Part shown: positions 12,536 to 23,522 of the stretch, piece by piece | Numbering within the stretch: position 1 is the stretch's first letter | Layout: the number at the start of each line of letters is the position of its first letter | From: Stegostoma tigrinum | Lineage: Eukaryota | Length of the DNA stretch: 64,000 nucleotides | NCBI RefSeq assembly: GCF_030684315.1 | Contig: NC_081389.1 | Span: 22,276,648-22,340,647, forward strand | Reading direction: 5' to 3' | Translations under genes and position numbers: made by a program | The notes under the pieces: generated by a model | What the model was told of the DNA's origin: nothing | Seen by the model: the letters and a program-made list of their open reading frames with translations, nothing else | The model's database searches: none

Positions 12536-12944
12536 AACTCATTAATGACAGAGATAATCTTCGGAAATTGTCTTTCAAATAGCTCTACAAATCAGAATAC
12601 CACACACACCCTAAAACTAGAAGACACAGGTTTAAGGTGAGAGGGGAAAGATTTTAAAAGGACCTAAGGGGTAAACTTTTCATGCAAAGGGTGGTGCACG
12701 TATGGAACAAACTGCCAGAGGAAGTGGAGGAGCTGAGTACAATTACAACATTTAAAAGGCATCTATAAGAGTACATGAACAGAGCGGTTTAGAGGGATAT
12801 GGGCCAAATGCTGGCAAGTGGAACTAGGTCAGATTGGCATATCTAGTTGGCACAGATAAATTGGACTGGAGGGTTTGTTTCAATGCCGTATGAGAGAAAG
12901 GTGGGCTGCAAAAACTGGGCTATACTTCAGGTTTCGGGAGACAC

Positions 12945-13330
12945 AGGTTCAGATTCCACTCCAGAGATCCAACTGCAAAATGTGACCCCTCCAATGAGGG
13001 AGTGCTGCATTGTCAATGATGCCACTTCCAGGACTAACAGGAAACTGAAGCCACACCTAACCTAAAGTGGATACAATGCATCCTCGAGTAATATATGAAG
13101 GGATGAGAAGTGCTGTCAAGTATCCTGATCCATATTTATTCTTCAACAAAGGAAAATAACAAAGATATATCTGATTATTGTCATATTGCTGACTGTGGGA
13201 GCTTGCTACGTGCAAATTGCTTGCCCTGTTTCCTACACAGTGACTGTGACTGTACTTCACAAATACTCGAATAGTTTGGAAAGAGCTTGTGTCTGAAATG
13301 GTGAAATGTGCTACAGTAATGCAAATCTTA
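12945..13330 (+). mobile_element. Deu-domain-type SINE (SacSINE1/AmnSINE1-like)
   Basis: Contains the TGAGGGAGTGCTGCATTGTC core and a GTGAAATGTGCTAC...AATGCAA tail. Related copies at about 39840-40240 (+), 44110-44530 (-), 53140-53550 (+) and 58180-58520 (+). Confidence 0.6.
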
Positions 13331-13357
13331 GATTCATGAGTGACTTTATTGTACAAA

Positions 13358-14018
13358 TTATTTTTCCTCTTTAGGGTTATTTAAGGAGTCCACGTTGTTA
13401 ACCCTATACAGAAAGTCGCCTTCCTGGTCATAAAACTCACAACCCTTCTGTACAACTTTAATTTGGTTTTCAGACCCATTTGCGCTGAACGCCTGCAAAT
13501 CCTCATCAGTCTCTGGGATACCCAGTGGTTGTTCCCCATCAGACATCCTGCTGGTTTCGTTGTATTCTTCCCTCTCAGCACAAGCAGCCACGTTTTTTCC
13601 AAATCCGACTTTCATTACATCAGCATTGCTCTGAGATTGGCGCTTCTGGTAGACATTCTGTTGGACAAGATCCATTCTGCCACGTTCCTTTCCAATGGCT
13701 TTGTGCACTCTGCCATTTAGGTTAGATTGTGCAGGAAGTGTTACTGTGTCCCACAAGAGTCTGGGCCGGACACCGTGATCTGTGATTGGTTTAGATTCAA
13801 TCAGTGCTTTTACATTTGGAGAACTGGCAGTCAGCTGCTTTGCTCCCTGTAGGAGAGTCAGAGTCACTCCTTGAACATTTGTATCCTGCTTCATTCTTCT
13901 CTTTAATGAAGGGGTAAATTTGCTTCTCAGTACTCTCAAGACAACATCTTCACTCACTGAAAATCCCTCTGCCAGCTGTGCCACACTCCACTCTTCTGGA
14001 GACTGTGCCCTCAAAAAC
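13358..14018 (-). CDS. NGRN: NGRN (neugrin) exon 3, terminal
   Basis: tttcag acceptor; FLRAQSPEEWSVAQLAEGFSVSEDVVLRVLRSKFTP matches the neugrin core, with C-terminal VVQKGCEFYDQEGDFLYRV; stop at 13358-13360. Confidence 0.94.
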
Positions 14019-14077
14019 CTGAAACACGTTAGAAATCAAATTAATTAACATTAAAACCAGAGACCCAAGTAATTTTC

Positions 14078-14830
14078 TGGGGATAATGGGAACTGCAGAT
14101 ACTGCAGAATCCAAGATAACAAAGTGTTGAGCTGGATGAACACAGCAGGCCAAGCAGCATCTTAAGCTGACGTTTTGGGCCTAGACCCTTCATCAGAAAA
14201 GGGGGCGGGGGAGAGGGTTCTGAAATAAATAGGGAGAGACGGGGAGGCAGATCGAAGATGAATAGAGAAGATAGATGGAGAGGAGACAGAAAAGTTAAAG
14301 AGGCGGGGAGGGAACCAGTAGAGGTGAGTGTAGGTGGGAAGGTAGGGAGGGGATAGGTCAGTCCAGGAAGGACGGACAGATTAAGGGGGTGGGATGAGGC
14401 TAGTAGGTAGGAAATGGGGGTGCAGCTTGAGGTGGGAGGAGGGGATAGGTGCGAGGAAGAACAGGTTACAGAGGCGGGGATGAGCTGGGCTGGTTTTGGG
14501 ATGCAGTAGTGGGAGGGGAGATTTTGAAGCTTGTGAAATCCACATTGATACCATTGGGCTGCAGGGTTCCCAAGCGGAATGAGATGCTATTCCTGCAACA
14601 TTCGGGTGGCATCGTTGTGGCACTCCCAGGATGGACATGTCGTCTAAAGAATGGGAGGGGGAGTTGAAATGGTTCATGATTAGGAGGTGCAGTTGTTTAG
14701 TGCAAACCGAACGTAGGTGTTCCGCAAAGCAGACCCCAAGCCTCTGCTTGGTTTCCCCAACGTAGAGGAGTCCACAATGGATATGCAGGTGAACATGTAC
14801 TTGATGTGGAAAGTCTTTTTGGGTGGGGGT
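14078..14830 (-). mobile_element. Penelope-like element 3' fragment (GIY-YIG end plus pLTR) in NGRN intron 2
   Basis: ORF 14381-14677 (HFNSPSHSLDDMSILG) resembles a PLE endonuclease C-terminus; mutated hammerhead core at 14169-14196. Confidence 0.75.
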
Positions 14831-14983
14831 GGGGGGTGTACCTCTTCACTCTGCTCCCTACAGTTTTAGGCAGGGCATTTACTCGTCATAGTTGTCACCA
14901 AGCCTCTCACTGTTTCAGTGGACTTTACAGACTAACAAACACCAGTCAAAATTAGAGCTAACAGTCCTGGCTTTAACTCTTAC

Positions 14984-15094
14984 CTCATCTGCTGCATTGC
15001 TTGTGTTGTTAGTGTCCGTGGGGGAGGACCAGAAAGACCCAACTCTGCCCGAATTCTCCGATACTTAATGGCTTTCGTTTTCCGTTTCTCAGCT
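14984..15094 (-). CDS. NGRN: NGRN exon 2
   Basis: 111 nt, (R)AEKRKTKAIKYRRIRAELGLSGPPPRTLTTQAMQQM(R), similar to the recalled neugrin GAPPRTLTWEAMEQIR; tacag| and |gtaag; phase 2-2. Confidence 0.93.
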
Positions 15095-15260
15095 CTGTAC
15101 ATGAGAGGTGGAACAGAGCAATAATTTCGAAAGTCTACTTCAGCAACTCAAAGGACACCTTTGGTAACTATTACTAACAAAGCATACAACAGTTTAAACT
15201 GAGGTTATTCAAATGTTTGAACATTCTGTTCTTATGGTTACCATTTGTCAATGCAACTTT

Positions 15261-18113
15261 TAACTATCGCTGCAGTAGTCAGTGTGAGTTAATGTAATAG
15301 TTATTGAGGTAAACTAATGCTCCAGTAGTCAGTGAGTTAATGTAATAGTTATTGAGCATTAACTAATGCTGCAATAGTTACTGAGCTAATGTAATAGTTA
15401 TTGAGAGTAAACTAACGCTCCAGTAGTCAGTGTGAGTTAATGTAATGGTTATTGAGAGTAAACTAACGCTGCAGTAGTCAGTCTGAGCTAATGTAATGGT
15501 TATTGAGAGTAAACTAACGCTGCAGTAGTCAGTGTGAGTTAATGTAATAGTTATTGAGCGTAAACTAACGCTGCAGTAGTCAGTGCGAGTTAATGTAATA
15601 GTTATTGAGAGTAAATTAACGCTGTAGTCAGTGTGAGTTAATGTAATAGTTATTGAGCGTAAACTAACGCTGCAGTAGTCAGTGCGAGTTAATGTAATAG
15701 TTAATGAGAGTAAACTAACGCTGCAGTAGTCAGTGCGAGTTAATGTAATGGTTATTGAGAGTAAACTAACGCTGCAGTAGTCAGTCTGAGCTAATGTAAT
15801 GGTTATTGAGAGTAAACTAACGCTGCAGTAGTCAGTGTGAGTTAATGTAATAGTTAATGAGAGTAAACTAACGGTGCAGTAGTCAGTGCGAGTTAATGTA
15901 ATGGTTATTGAGAGTAAACTAATGCTGCAGTAGTCAGTGTGAGTTAATGTAATAGTTAATGAGAGTAAACTAACGGTGCAGTAGTCAGTGCGAGTTAATG
16001 TAATGGTTATTGAGAGTAAACTAATGCTGCAGTAGTCAGTGTGAGTTAATGTAATGGTTATTGAGAGTAAACTAACGGTGCAGTAGTCAGTGTGAGCTAA
16101 TGTAATAGTTATTGAGAGTAAACTAATGCTGCAGTAGTCAGTGCGAGTTAATGTAATGGTTATTGAGAGTAAACTAATGCTGCAGTAGTCAGTGTGAGTT
16201 AATGTAATAGTTAATGAGAGTAAACTAACGGTGCAGTAGTCAGTGCGAGTTAATGTAATGGTTATTGAGAGTAAACTAACGCTGCAGTAGTCAGTGCGAG
16301 TTAATGTAATGGTTATTGAGAGTAAACTAACGGTGCAGTAGTCAGTGTGAGCTAATGTAATAGTTATTGAGAGTAAACTAATGCTGCAGTAGTCAGTGCG
16401 AGTTAATGTAATGGTTATTGAGAGTAAACTAACGGTGCAGTAGTCAGTGCGAGTTAATGTAATAGTTAATGAGAGTAAACTAACGGTGCAGTAGTCAGTG
16501 CGAGTTAATGTAATGGTTATTGAGAGTAAACTAACGCTGCAGTAGTCAGTGCGAGTTAATGTAATGGTTATTGAGAGTAAACTAACGCTGCAGTAGTCAG
16601 TGTGAGTTAATGTAATAGTTAATGAGAGTAAACTAACGCTGCAGTAGTCAGTGTGAGTTAATGTAATGGTTATTGAGGGTAAACTAACGCTGCAGTAGTC
16701 AGTGTGAGTTAATGTAATGGTTATTGAGAGTAAACTAACGGTGCAGTAGTCAGTGCGAGTTAATGTAATGGTTATTGAGAGTAAACTAACGCTGCAGTAG
16801 TCAGTGCGAGTTAATGTAATAGTTAATGAGAGTAAACTAACGCTGCAGTAGTCAGTGCGAGTTAATGTAATGGTTATTGAGAGTAAACTAACGCTGCAGT
16901 AGTCAGTCTGAGTTAATGTAATGGTTAATGAGAGTAAACTAACGCTTCAGTAGTCAGTCTGAGTTAATGTAATAGTTATTGAGAGTAAACTAACGCTGCA
17001 GTAGTCAGTGCGAGTTAATGTAATGGTTATTGAGAGTAAACTAACGCTGCAGTAGTCAGTGCGAGTTAATGTAATGGTTAATGAGAGTAAACTAACGCTG
17101 CAGTAGTCAGTCTGAGTTAATGTAATGGTTATTGAGAGTAAACTAACGCTGCAGTAGTCAGTGTGAGTTAATGTAATGGTTATTGAGAGTAAACTAACGC
17201 TGCAGTAGTCAGTCTGAGTTAATGTAATAGTTATTGAGCGTTAACTAATGCTGCAGTAGTCAGTGTGAGTTAGTGTAATAGTTAATGAGAGTAAACTAAC
17301 GCTGCAGTAGTCAGTGCGAGTTAATGTAATGGTTATTGAGAGTAAACTAACGCTGCAGTAGTCAGTCTGAGTTAATGTAATGGTTATTGAGAGTAAACTA
17401 ACGCTGCAGTAGTCAGTGCGAGTTAATGTAATGGTTATTGAGAGTAAACTAACGCTGCAGTAGTCAGTGCGAGTTAATGTAATGGTTAATGAGAGTAAAC
17501 TAATGCTGCAGTAGTCAGTGTGAGTTAATGTAATGGTTAATGAGAGTAAACTAACGCTGCAGTAGTCAGTCTGAGTTAATGTAATGGTTATTGAGAGTAA
17601 ACTAACGCTGCAGTAGTCAGTGCGAGTTAATGTAATGGTTATTGAGAGTAAACTAACGCTGCAGTAGTCAGTGTGAGTTAATGTAATGGTTAATGAGAGT
17701 AAACTAACGGTGCAGTAGTCAGTGCGAGTTAATGTAATGGTTATTGAGAGTAAACTAACGCTGCAGTAGTCAGTGCGAGTTAATGTAATGGTTATTGAGA
17801 GTAAACTAATGCTGCAGTAGTCAGTGCGAGTTAATGTAATAGTTAATGAGAGTAAACTAACGCTGCAGTAGTCAGTGTGAGTTAATGTAATGGTTATTGA
17901 GAGTAAACTAACGGTGCAGTAGTCAGTGCGAGTTAATGTAATGGTTATTGAGAGTAAACTAACGCTGCAGTAGTCAGTCTGAGTTAATGTAATAGTTATT
18001 GAGCGTTAACTAATGCTGCAGTAGTCAGTGTGAGTTAGTGTAATAGTTAATGAGAGTAAACTAACGGTGCAGTAGTCAGTGCGAGTTAATGTAATAGTTA
18101 ATGAGAGTTAACG
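15261..18113. repeat. 51-bp minisatellite, about 56 copies, in NGRN intron 1
   Basis: Unit GCTGCAGTAGTCAGT(GC/GT/CT)GAGTTAATGTAAT(G/A)GTTA(T/A)TGAGAGTAAACTAA(C/T); period 51 (e.g. 15771 to 15822); no unique spacers. Confidence 0.97.
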
Positions 18114-18129
18114 AATGAACTCTTTTCAC

Positions 18130-18266
18130 CTGATTATTTCCTCCAACTCCTTCCCTTCGGCCACGGGCTCCCTGCCGCCTCTGGAGCCCCTCAGGGATCG
18201 GGCGGCCTGGACCTGGGCCGGAGGCTGGAGCCGGACGATTCTCTGAGCCGCCGCCGAGAGCCACAT
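18130..18266 (-). CDS. NGRN: NGRN exon 1
   Basis: ATG at 18266; MWLSAAAQRIVRLQPPAQVQAARSLRGSRGGREPVAEGKELEEII(R) has an Arg/Ala-rich, mitochondrial-presequence-like start; AG|GTGAAA donor. Exons total 909 nt (302 aa plus stop). Confidence 0.85.
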
Positions 18267-18410
18267 GAAGCTCCGCCGCGATCCCGCCCCGGCGGTAACA
18301 GCGTGAAGGCTCCACACCTTGGTATTCCGGTGGTAATAGTCATCGCTGAAGAATCGTTCCGCCTTTCGCTTGGGCCTAGTCTGGGAGCTGCGGCTGAAGC
18401 TCGACTTGAA
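18130..18410 (-). promoter_or_regulatory. CpG-island promoter of NGRN
   Basis: Dense CpG; ACCGGAA ETS-type site on minus at about 18325-18331. Confidence 0.6.
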
Positions 18411-20214
18411 AAATGACCAATTTACTTGGAGATATTTCTAATTTGTTGATATTTCTAATCAAACTGTTCATAAATGTTCTGTTACAGTCCTGGAGGAGAT
18501 AGGATTTGACTCCAAACCTCCTGGCTCAGAGAAAGGGACACTACCATTGCAGTACACCAGCCCTGCCTCTTCATTTGTTCATTCGTACACATGTCTGTCT
18601 TCCTGCTCTGAAGCTGTTGATTCTTGCTGGGGCCAAAAACTCAACCAACTAGCTATCCTTCTCCAGTGTCTGTACGATATTGGACCATGTAGTTCCAACA
18701 AAGCCCCTTGTCCTGATTTATCCAAAGACTAGAGAAAGAGAATTGCATTTGTATAGCACTTATATTGACCACCAAACATCCACTGCGCCTCACAGTTTAG
18801 TGAACTACTTTTGAAATGCTGTTGAAAATGCTATAGCTAGTTTGTGTTAACAAGAAATTTCCACAATGTGAAACAAAAACAGAAATTGCTGGAGAAAGTC
18901 TGTCAGAGAGAAAATAGAGTTGACATTTCATGTCTAGTGACCCTTCTTCAGAAGTCCACAATATATTAATGACCAGATAAAGATGGTGATTTGGGATAAA
19001 TGGAGGACTCATCCCTTCTTCTTTTACTTGCACTACGGCATCTTAAAAATTTCATTCTAGACAGGCGGTTGTGGGGTAGCTCGTTTACCTCGCCCAAAAC
19101 ACTTCGGATGACCAGACATCCCAATGTGGCTAGACAGTCCCTGCCCAGAAGGAAAAACAAGTGAAACTTGAGAATGACACACACTGGCCTCACCTGTCTT
19201 GCACACCTGCAGTACAACTGGCACGTTAATTTCCAAATATTACAGTCCAACTTTTTGGGCAGCTTTTCATTCAATGTTTCAGTGTCCTGATAATTATCTC
19301 TCAAAGTTCAATGCAGTTCCTATCTTTTTATTTTTGCAATCTGTGTGAAATTTTGTCCTCCGTTCTGTAAGCAGCGGACCTGTATTCCTTCTCCCCCTCC
19401 TGCCTACTTGGCACCTACATCTCCTTTACTGAAGTTGCTTTTTAAATGATCTGAGGAATTGGGTCACCAGTTCTGGCTGGACATTTTCTGGGAGATGTCA
19501 CCACATAAACCCCCATGAGAGTGCCCATCCTTCTGCCTCCTGTTATTGGCCATCAAAATGTCATACATTATGAGCCCCATAGCTTTTCAATATGCCCCGT
19601 TTTGACTTTTGAAACTTTGGTCAGTACCACACTGGAGTGCCAAACTGGAATTTTGTGCATAAGATCAGGGACTTCAATTCAAAAATCTAGTGATTTAGTG
19701 CAAGCCATGGCTAACATCATGTCCATTAATATGAATTTCAAGCAGCTTATTGTCTTCTTTATCATCACGGTGGGTGTTGAAGTTAACCGTATCCAACAAG
19801 CCCCTGGTCAGCTAACTCGCCACAAACTCAGGAATGAGAAGTTCAGTTCTGAGGGCAGATTGAAGAAGTCCGGACTGTTCCCCTTTGAGAAAGGAAAGCT
19901 GAGAGGAGATTTAATAGAGGTTTTCGAAATCATGAGTGGGTTGGACTGAGGAGAAGCTGTTCCTGCTCGTAAAAGATTCAAAGTGATGTGCAAAAGAAGC
20001 AAGGGCTACAGAGGAAAAAACAGTTTCATACAGCAAGCGGTTACGGTGCTGAGTGTACTACCTGAAAACATGATGGAGTCTGGTTGAATTGAGGCACTCA
20101 AAAGGCATTGGATGATTATTTCGATAGAATTGGCATGCAAAGATATGGGGAAAGGCAGGGGATTAGCAACTAAATAATAGAATTGAGGGGTAATTGAAAT
20201 TAGATAATTGAGGG

Positions 20215-20560
20215 GGTAGGCAGTGGGGATATTATTGCTGGACTGTTAATCCAAAGACCCACATAACATTCTGGGGACCTGTGTTCAAATCCTGCCGCAG
20301 CAGATGGTGGAATCTGAATTCAATAAGATATCTGGAATTAAGAATTTAATGACGACCGTGAATCCATTGTCAATTGTTGGAAAAACCCATGTTACTAATA
20401 TACTTAAGGGAAGGGAGCAGCCATCCTCACTTGTTCGGCCTACACGTGACTTACAACCACAGCAATGTGGTTGACTCCGAACTGCCCTCTGGCTAGTTAG
20501 GGATGGGCAATAAATGCTACCTGGCCAGTAATGCCTAATCCTGTTAATGAATAAAGAAGG
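20215..20560 (+). mobile_element. tRNA-derived shark SINE (second family)
   Basis: GGCAGTGG...GTTCAAATCCTGCC head and GGGCAATAAATGCT...ATGAATAAA tail. Related copies at about 21110-21460 (-), 45300-45540 (-), 57170-57500 (-) and 59620-59950 (+). Confidence 0.65.
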
Positions 20561-21604
20561 AAAAAAAAGAACCAATGTGGGCACAATAGGCCAAATGGCC
20601 TCCTACTACACCATAACAATTCTGTGACTGGCCATGAACTCTGCCCCACTTTATAAGGTGCCAAATTTCAATACATTCTGGAAGTCCATTTCAGGAATCT
20701 CAAAGTCTCAATGTAACTCAATATCATACCAGTTTCATTCAAAAGCCCAGTTTAAGCTGAAAATTTAACTAACACTTTACTGCAATGCTGAACCTATTCT
20801 GAATTGCTGCTGAGAACATTCATGTGGATGTAATGTTAATGCTTTCAATTATCCTTGACTTCAAAAGACCAATTGTGCTTTTCAAACAGCAGCAGAGTGT
20901 TCTGCAGAGATCTCTGACCAGCATTTATCTCGTAAATTATTACCAATAAAATGTTTAAACAGCCAATAATCACATCTGTGGCACCGTTTGGCTGCAATGT
21001 TTATAAACACAATAATCTTAAATGTGCAAATATTAATTCGCCTTAAAAATACTTCGGAATATAGATCTCCTATATAAACACAAACGGCCACACCAGAACC
21101 TGAATTATCCTTTATTCATTCACGGGATGAGAGCATTGCTGGTTAGGCAGCATTTATTGCACATCCCTAATTGGCCAGAGGGCAGTTAAGCGTCAACCAC
21201 ATTGTTGCAGGTCTGGAGTCACATGTAGTCCAGGCCATGTAAGATTGGCAGTTTCCTTCCCTAAAGGACATTAGTGAACCAGATAGGTTTTTCTGACAAT
21301 CAACAACAGACTCACAGTCATCATTAGATTCTGAATTCCAGATATTTATTGAATTCAACTTCTACCATCTGCCGTGGCAGGATTTGAACCTGGGTCCGCA
21401 GAACATTATCTGGGTCTCTGAATTAACAGTCCAGCAATAATACCACTAAATCATTTCCTCCCTGCAAGCCTGCATGGTTTGGTTTAGGATTGGAATGAAA
21501 GAATTATACAGGACCTTCCAGAAAGATTTCAAAGCTCTTTACAACCAATAATTGTGAAGATTCTGGATATGAGTTTCCTCGCTGAGCTGGAAGGTTAGTT
21601 TTCA

Positions 21605-21638
21605 GACGTTTCGTCACCATTCTAGGTAACATCATCAG
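21605..21638 (-). ncRNA. Putative minimal type I hammerhead ribozyme core
   Basis: CUGAUGA-UGUUACC-UAGAAU-GGUGAC-GAAA-C-GUC: intact boxes, 6-bp stem II, palindromic ACGU, GUC cleavage triplet. Confidence 0.7.
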
Positions 21639-21738
21639 TGAGCCCCCGACGAAGCGCTGGTGTTATGTCCCGCTTTCTATTTATCTAAACAGATAAATAG
21701 AAAGCGGGACATAATACCAGTGCTTCGTCAGAGGCTCA

Positions 21739-21772
21739 CTGATGATGTTACCTAGAATGGTGACGAAACATC
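21739..21772 (+). ncRNA. Putative minimal hammerhead ribozyme core (mirror copy)
   Basis: CUGAUGA-UGUUACC-UAGAAU-GGUGAC-GAAA-C-AUC; ACGU is changed to ACAU, a CpG-type transition. Confidence 0.55.
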
Positions 21773-23422
21773 TGAAAACTAACCTTCCAGCTCAGCGTGC
21801 AATCTCACATCCAGAACCTCAACCTGCGCTACAAATCTTCTCAAAATTCACTAATTGTGAAGATTAGCCAAACGTAGGTGATGCAACATTTAATTTGCAT
21901 AAGATTACAGATACTGGGGAATTAGGGGGTAGTATTAACATCTACATAACCTTGATGGACAACTATTGGCCTGAACAACAGAACAGGAGCAAAGTTTCTT
22001 TGAATCATACTGTGGGATCTTTTACATCCACCCGGGAGGGATCATTCCACAGTTGTTCTCTTAGTTGATAGCAAATTTTAATGCGCGGATCTTTCAAAAG
22101 CAATGGGAATGTTTTGCTCAAGTCTCTGCAGTAGGTTGACTGGCTAACACCATACTATCCACCATTTGTATCAGAGATAATGGGAACTGCAGATGCTGGA
22201 GATTCCAAGATATATCCACCATTTGTAGTCCACTTTCCTTTCTACCTTGTTCCTCAATGTAGATGTCATGCTCCATAGATTTTCAATCACAGTCTGTTTG
22301 TCCATGAGGTATATGACTGAGCTGAGCTAAAGATCTCCCTACATTCCCTTTATGTTTTAAAGGAAGGAAGAGAATATTATTCAGAGACAGACAATATTCC
22401 AAACCCTAATGGAACCAAACTCCTCAATGTTATATTTTCTAAACAAACTGTGTCTGCTCAGACTCCAGAGGCAACCATTTATGATGAATGAGTTTACCAT
22501 GTGTTAGAACATCAGAGTGACAGACCTTGAAACATTGTACACTTTATTCTTTATTGCCTTCATGAGTAACCTCAATAACCAGAGAGTTAATTTTGGTTTC
22601 AGTGAACTTTTGCAGTGAGAAATCCATTTTTTTTCCTGAGGACATGTGTATGTTTGGGTTATTGAGAGGGATAAATATTCATTCTTCCTTATGACCTACT
22701 ATATATGTAAACTTATGTTATCTTCATTAAATATGTTTCGTTTTGATAATGAACAAAACATTTTACCTTGAATATGATACCAGGTTGCTAGATGTTTTCA
22801 TTACAACTTGATATAGATAAGGTATTTAATTTAATTTAATTAGCCACCTCAGTAACTGGAAAAAGTATTTTTATTGATGTTGTGACTCATGGAATAGTGA
22901 GACTAGAGTGATGGTGCATTCCTCCAGCTTCAGTCTTGACACACAAGAATAATTTTATCTTTACATGATTACAGGTTTCAAACTCAAACAAAAAGAGAAT
23001 ATCACATTCTATCTGTACATCGAAGGTGCTTTCAATAATTTGTTTGAAGTTTTGCTGTGCAAACTGTTCCCAAAAAATTAAAATTTATCTTCACAGCGTA
23101 ACAACATTCATACGGCAATTTCCAATTCCTGGGAACCATGACACACCTACAGATGACAGTGGAAAGGGTTTCATCTGTGCCATAATGCCATTGGTCTTGC
23201 TTGGTTTGAAACTGGTTCATGAAGTAATCAGTATATATAGAGTCAACAATGCAGCATGGATATCATTGACTGCAGAGTCCAGAAAATTGCATCCCATCAG
23301 CAGCTTTAATCCCAGTCAAAATTTTTCTTTAACAACATACTGGCTTGTTTTCTTTGTCATTTTGTTTGGGGATTTGGATTATGAACGCTGTATCAATTTC
23401 TGCAACAGGTGACTAATATACT

Positions 23423-23522
23423 TCAGCTGAGGTACGGCAGATGGCACAGGGATAAAATGGAGTGATTTATTGGAAATTCTAATTTTAGAAGTTTTTTTCT
23501 TAAAAGCAAAATATCAGTGTTC
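23423..23522 (-). CDS. Possible terminal exon of the TTLL13-like gene
   Basis: Strong acceptor ctttctctgcattcttcacag; phase-compatible with the donor at 27001, giving RNTDILLLRKKLLKLEFPINHSILSLCHLPYLS then stop. No homology support. Confidence 0.3.

Larger units (their letters stand above)
21561..21851. mobile_element. Penelope-derived fold-back insertion (inverted pLTR pair) with 14-bp TSD
   Basis: Arms 21561-21686 and 21691-21816 (126 bp, 9 mismatches by manual count, loop AAAC); TAATTGTGAAGATT repeated at 21549-21562 and 21852-21865. Confidence 0.85.

Noticed and set aside
15261-18113. CRISPR array or a 17-codon repeat protein
   Set aside because: No unique spacers, no cas genes, eukaryotic intron context, and no ORF reported in any frame.
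18267-18317. GTG-initiated N-terminal extension of NGRN from the ORF track
   Set aside because: Non-ATG start; the ATG at 18266 already gives a presequence-like N-terminus.
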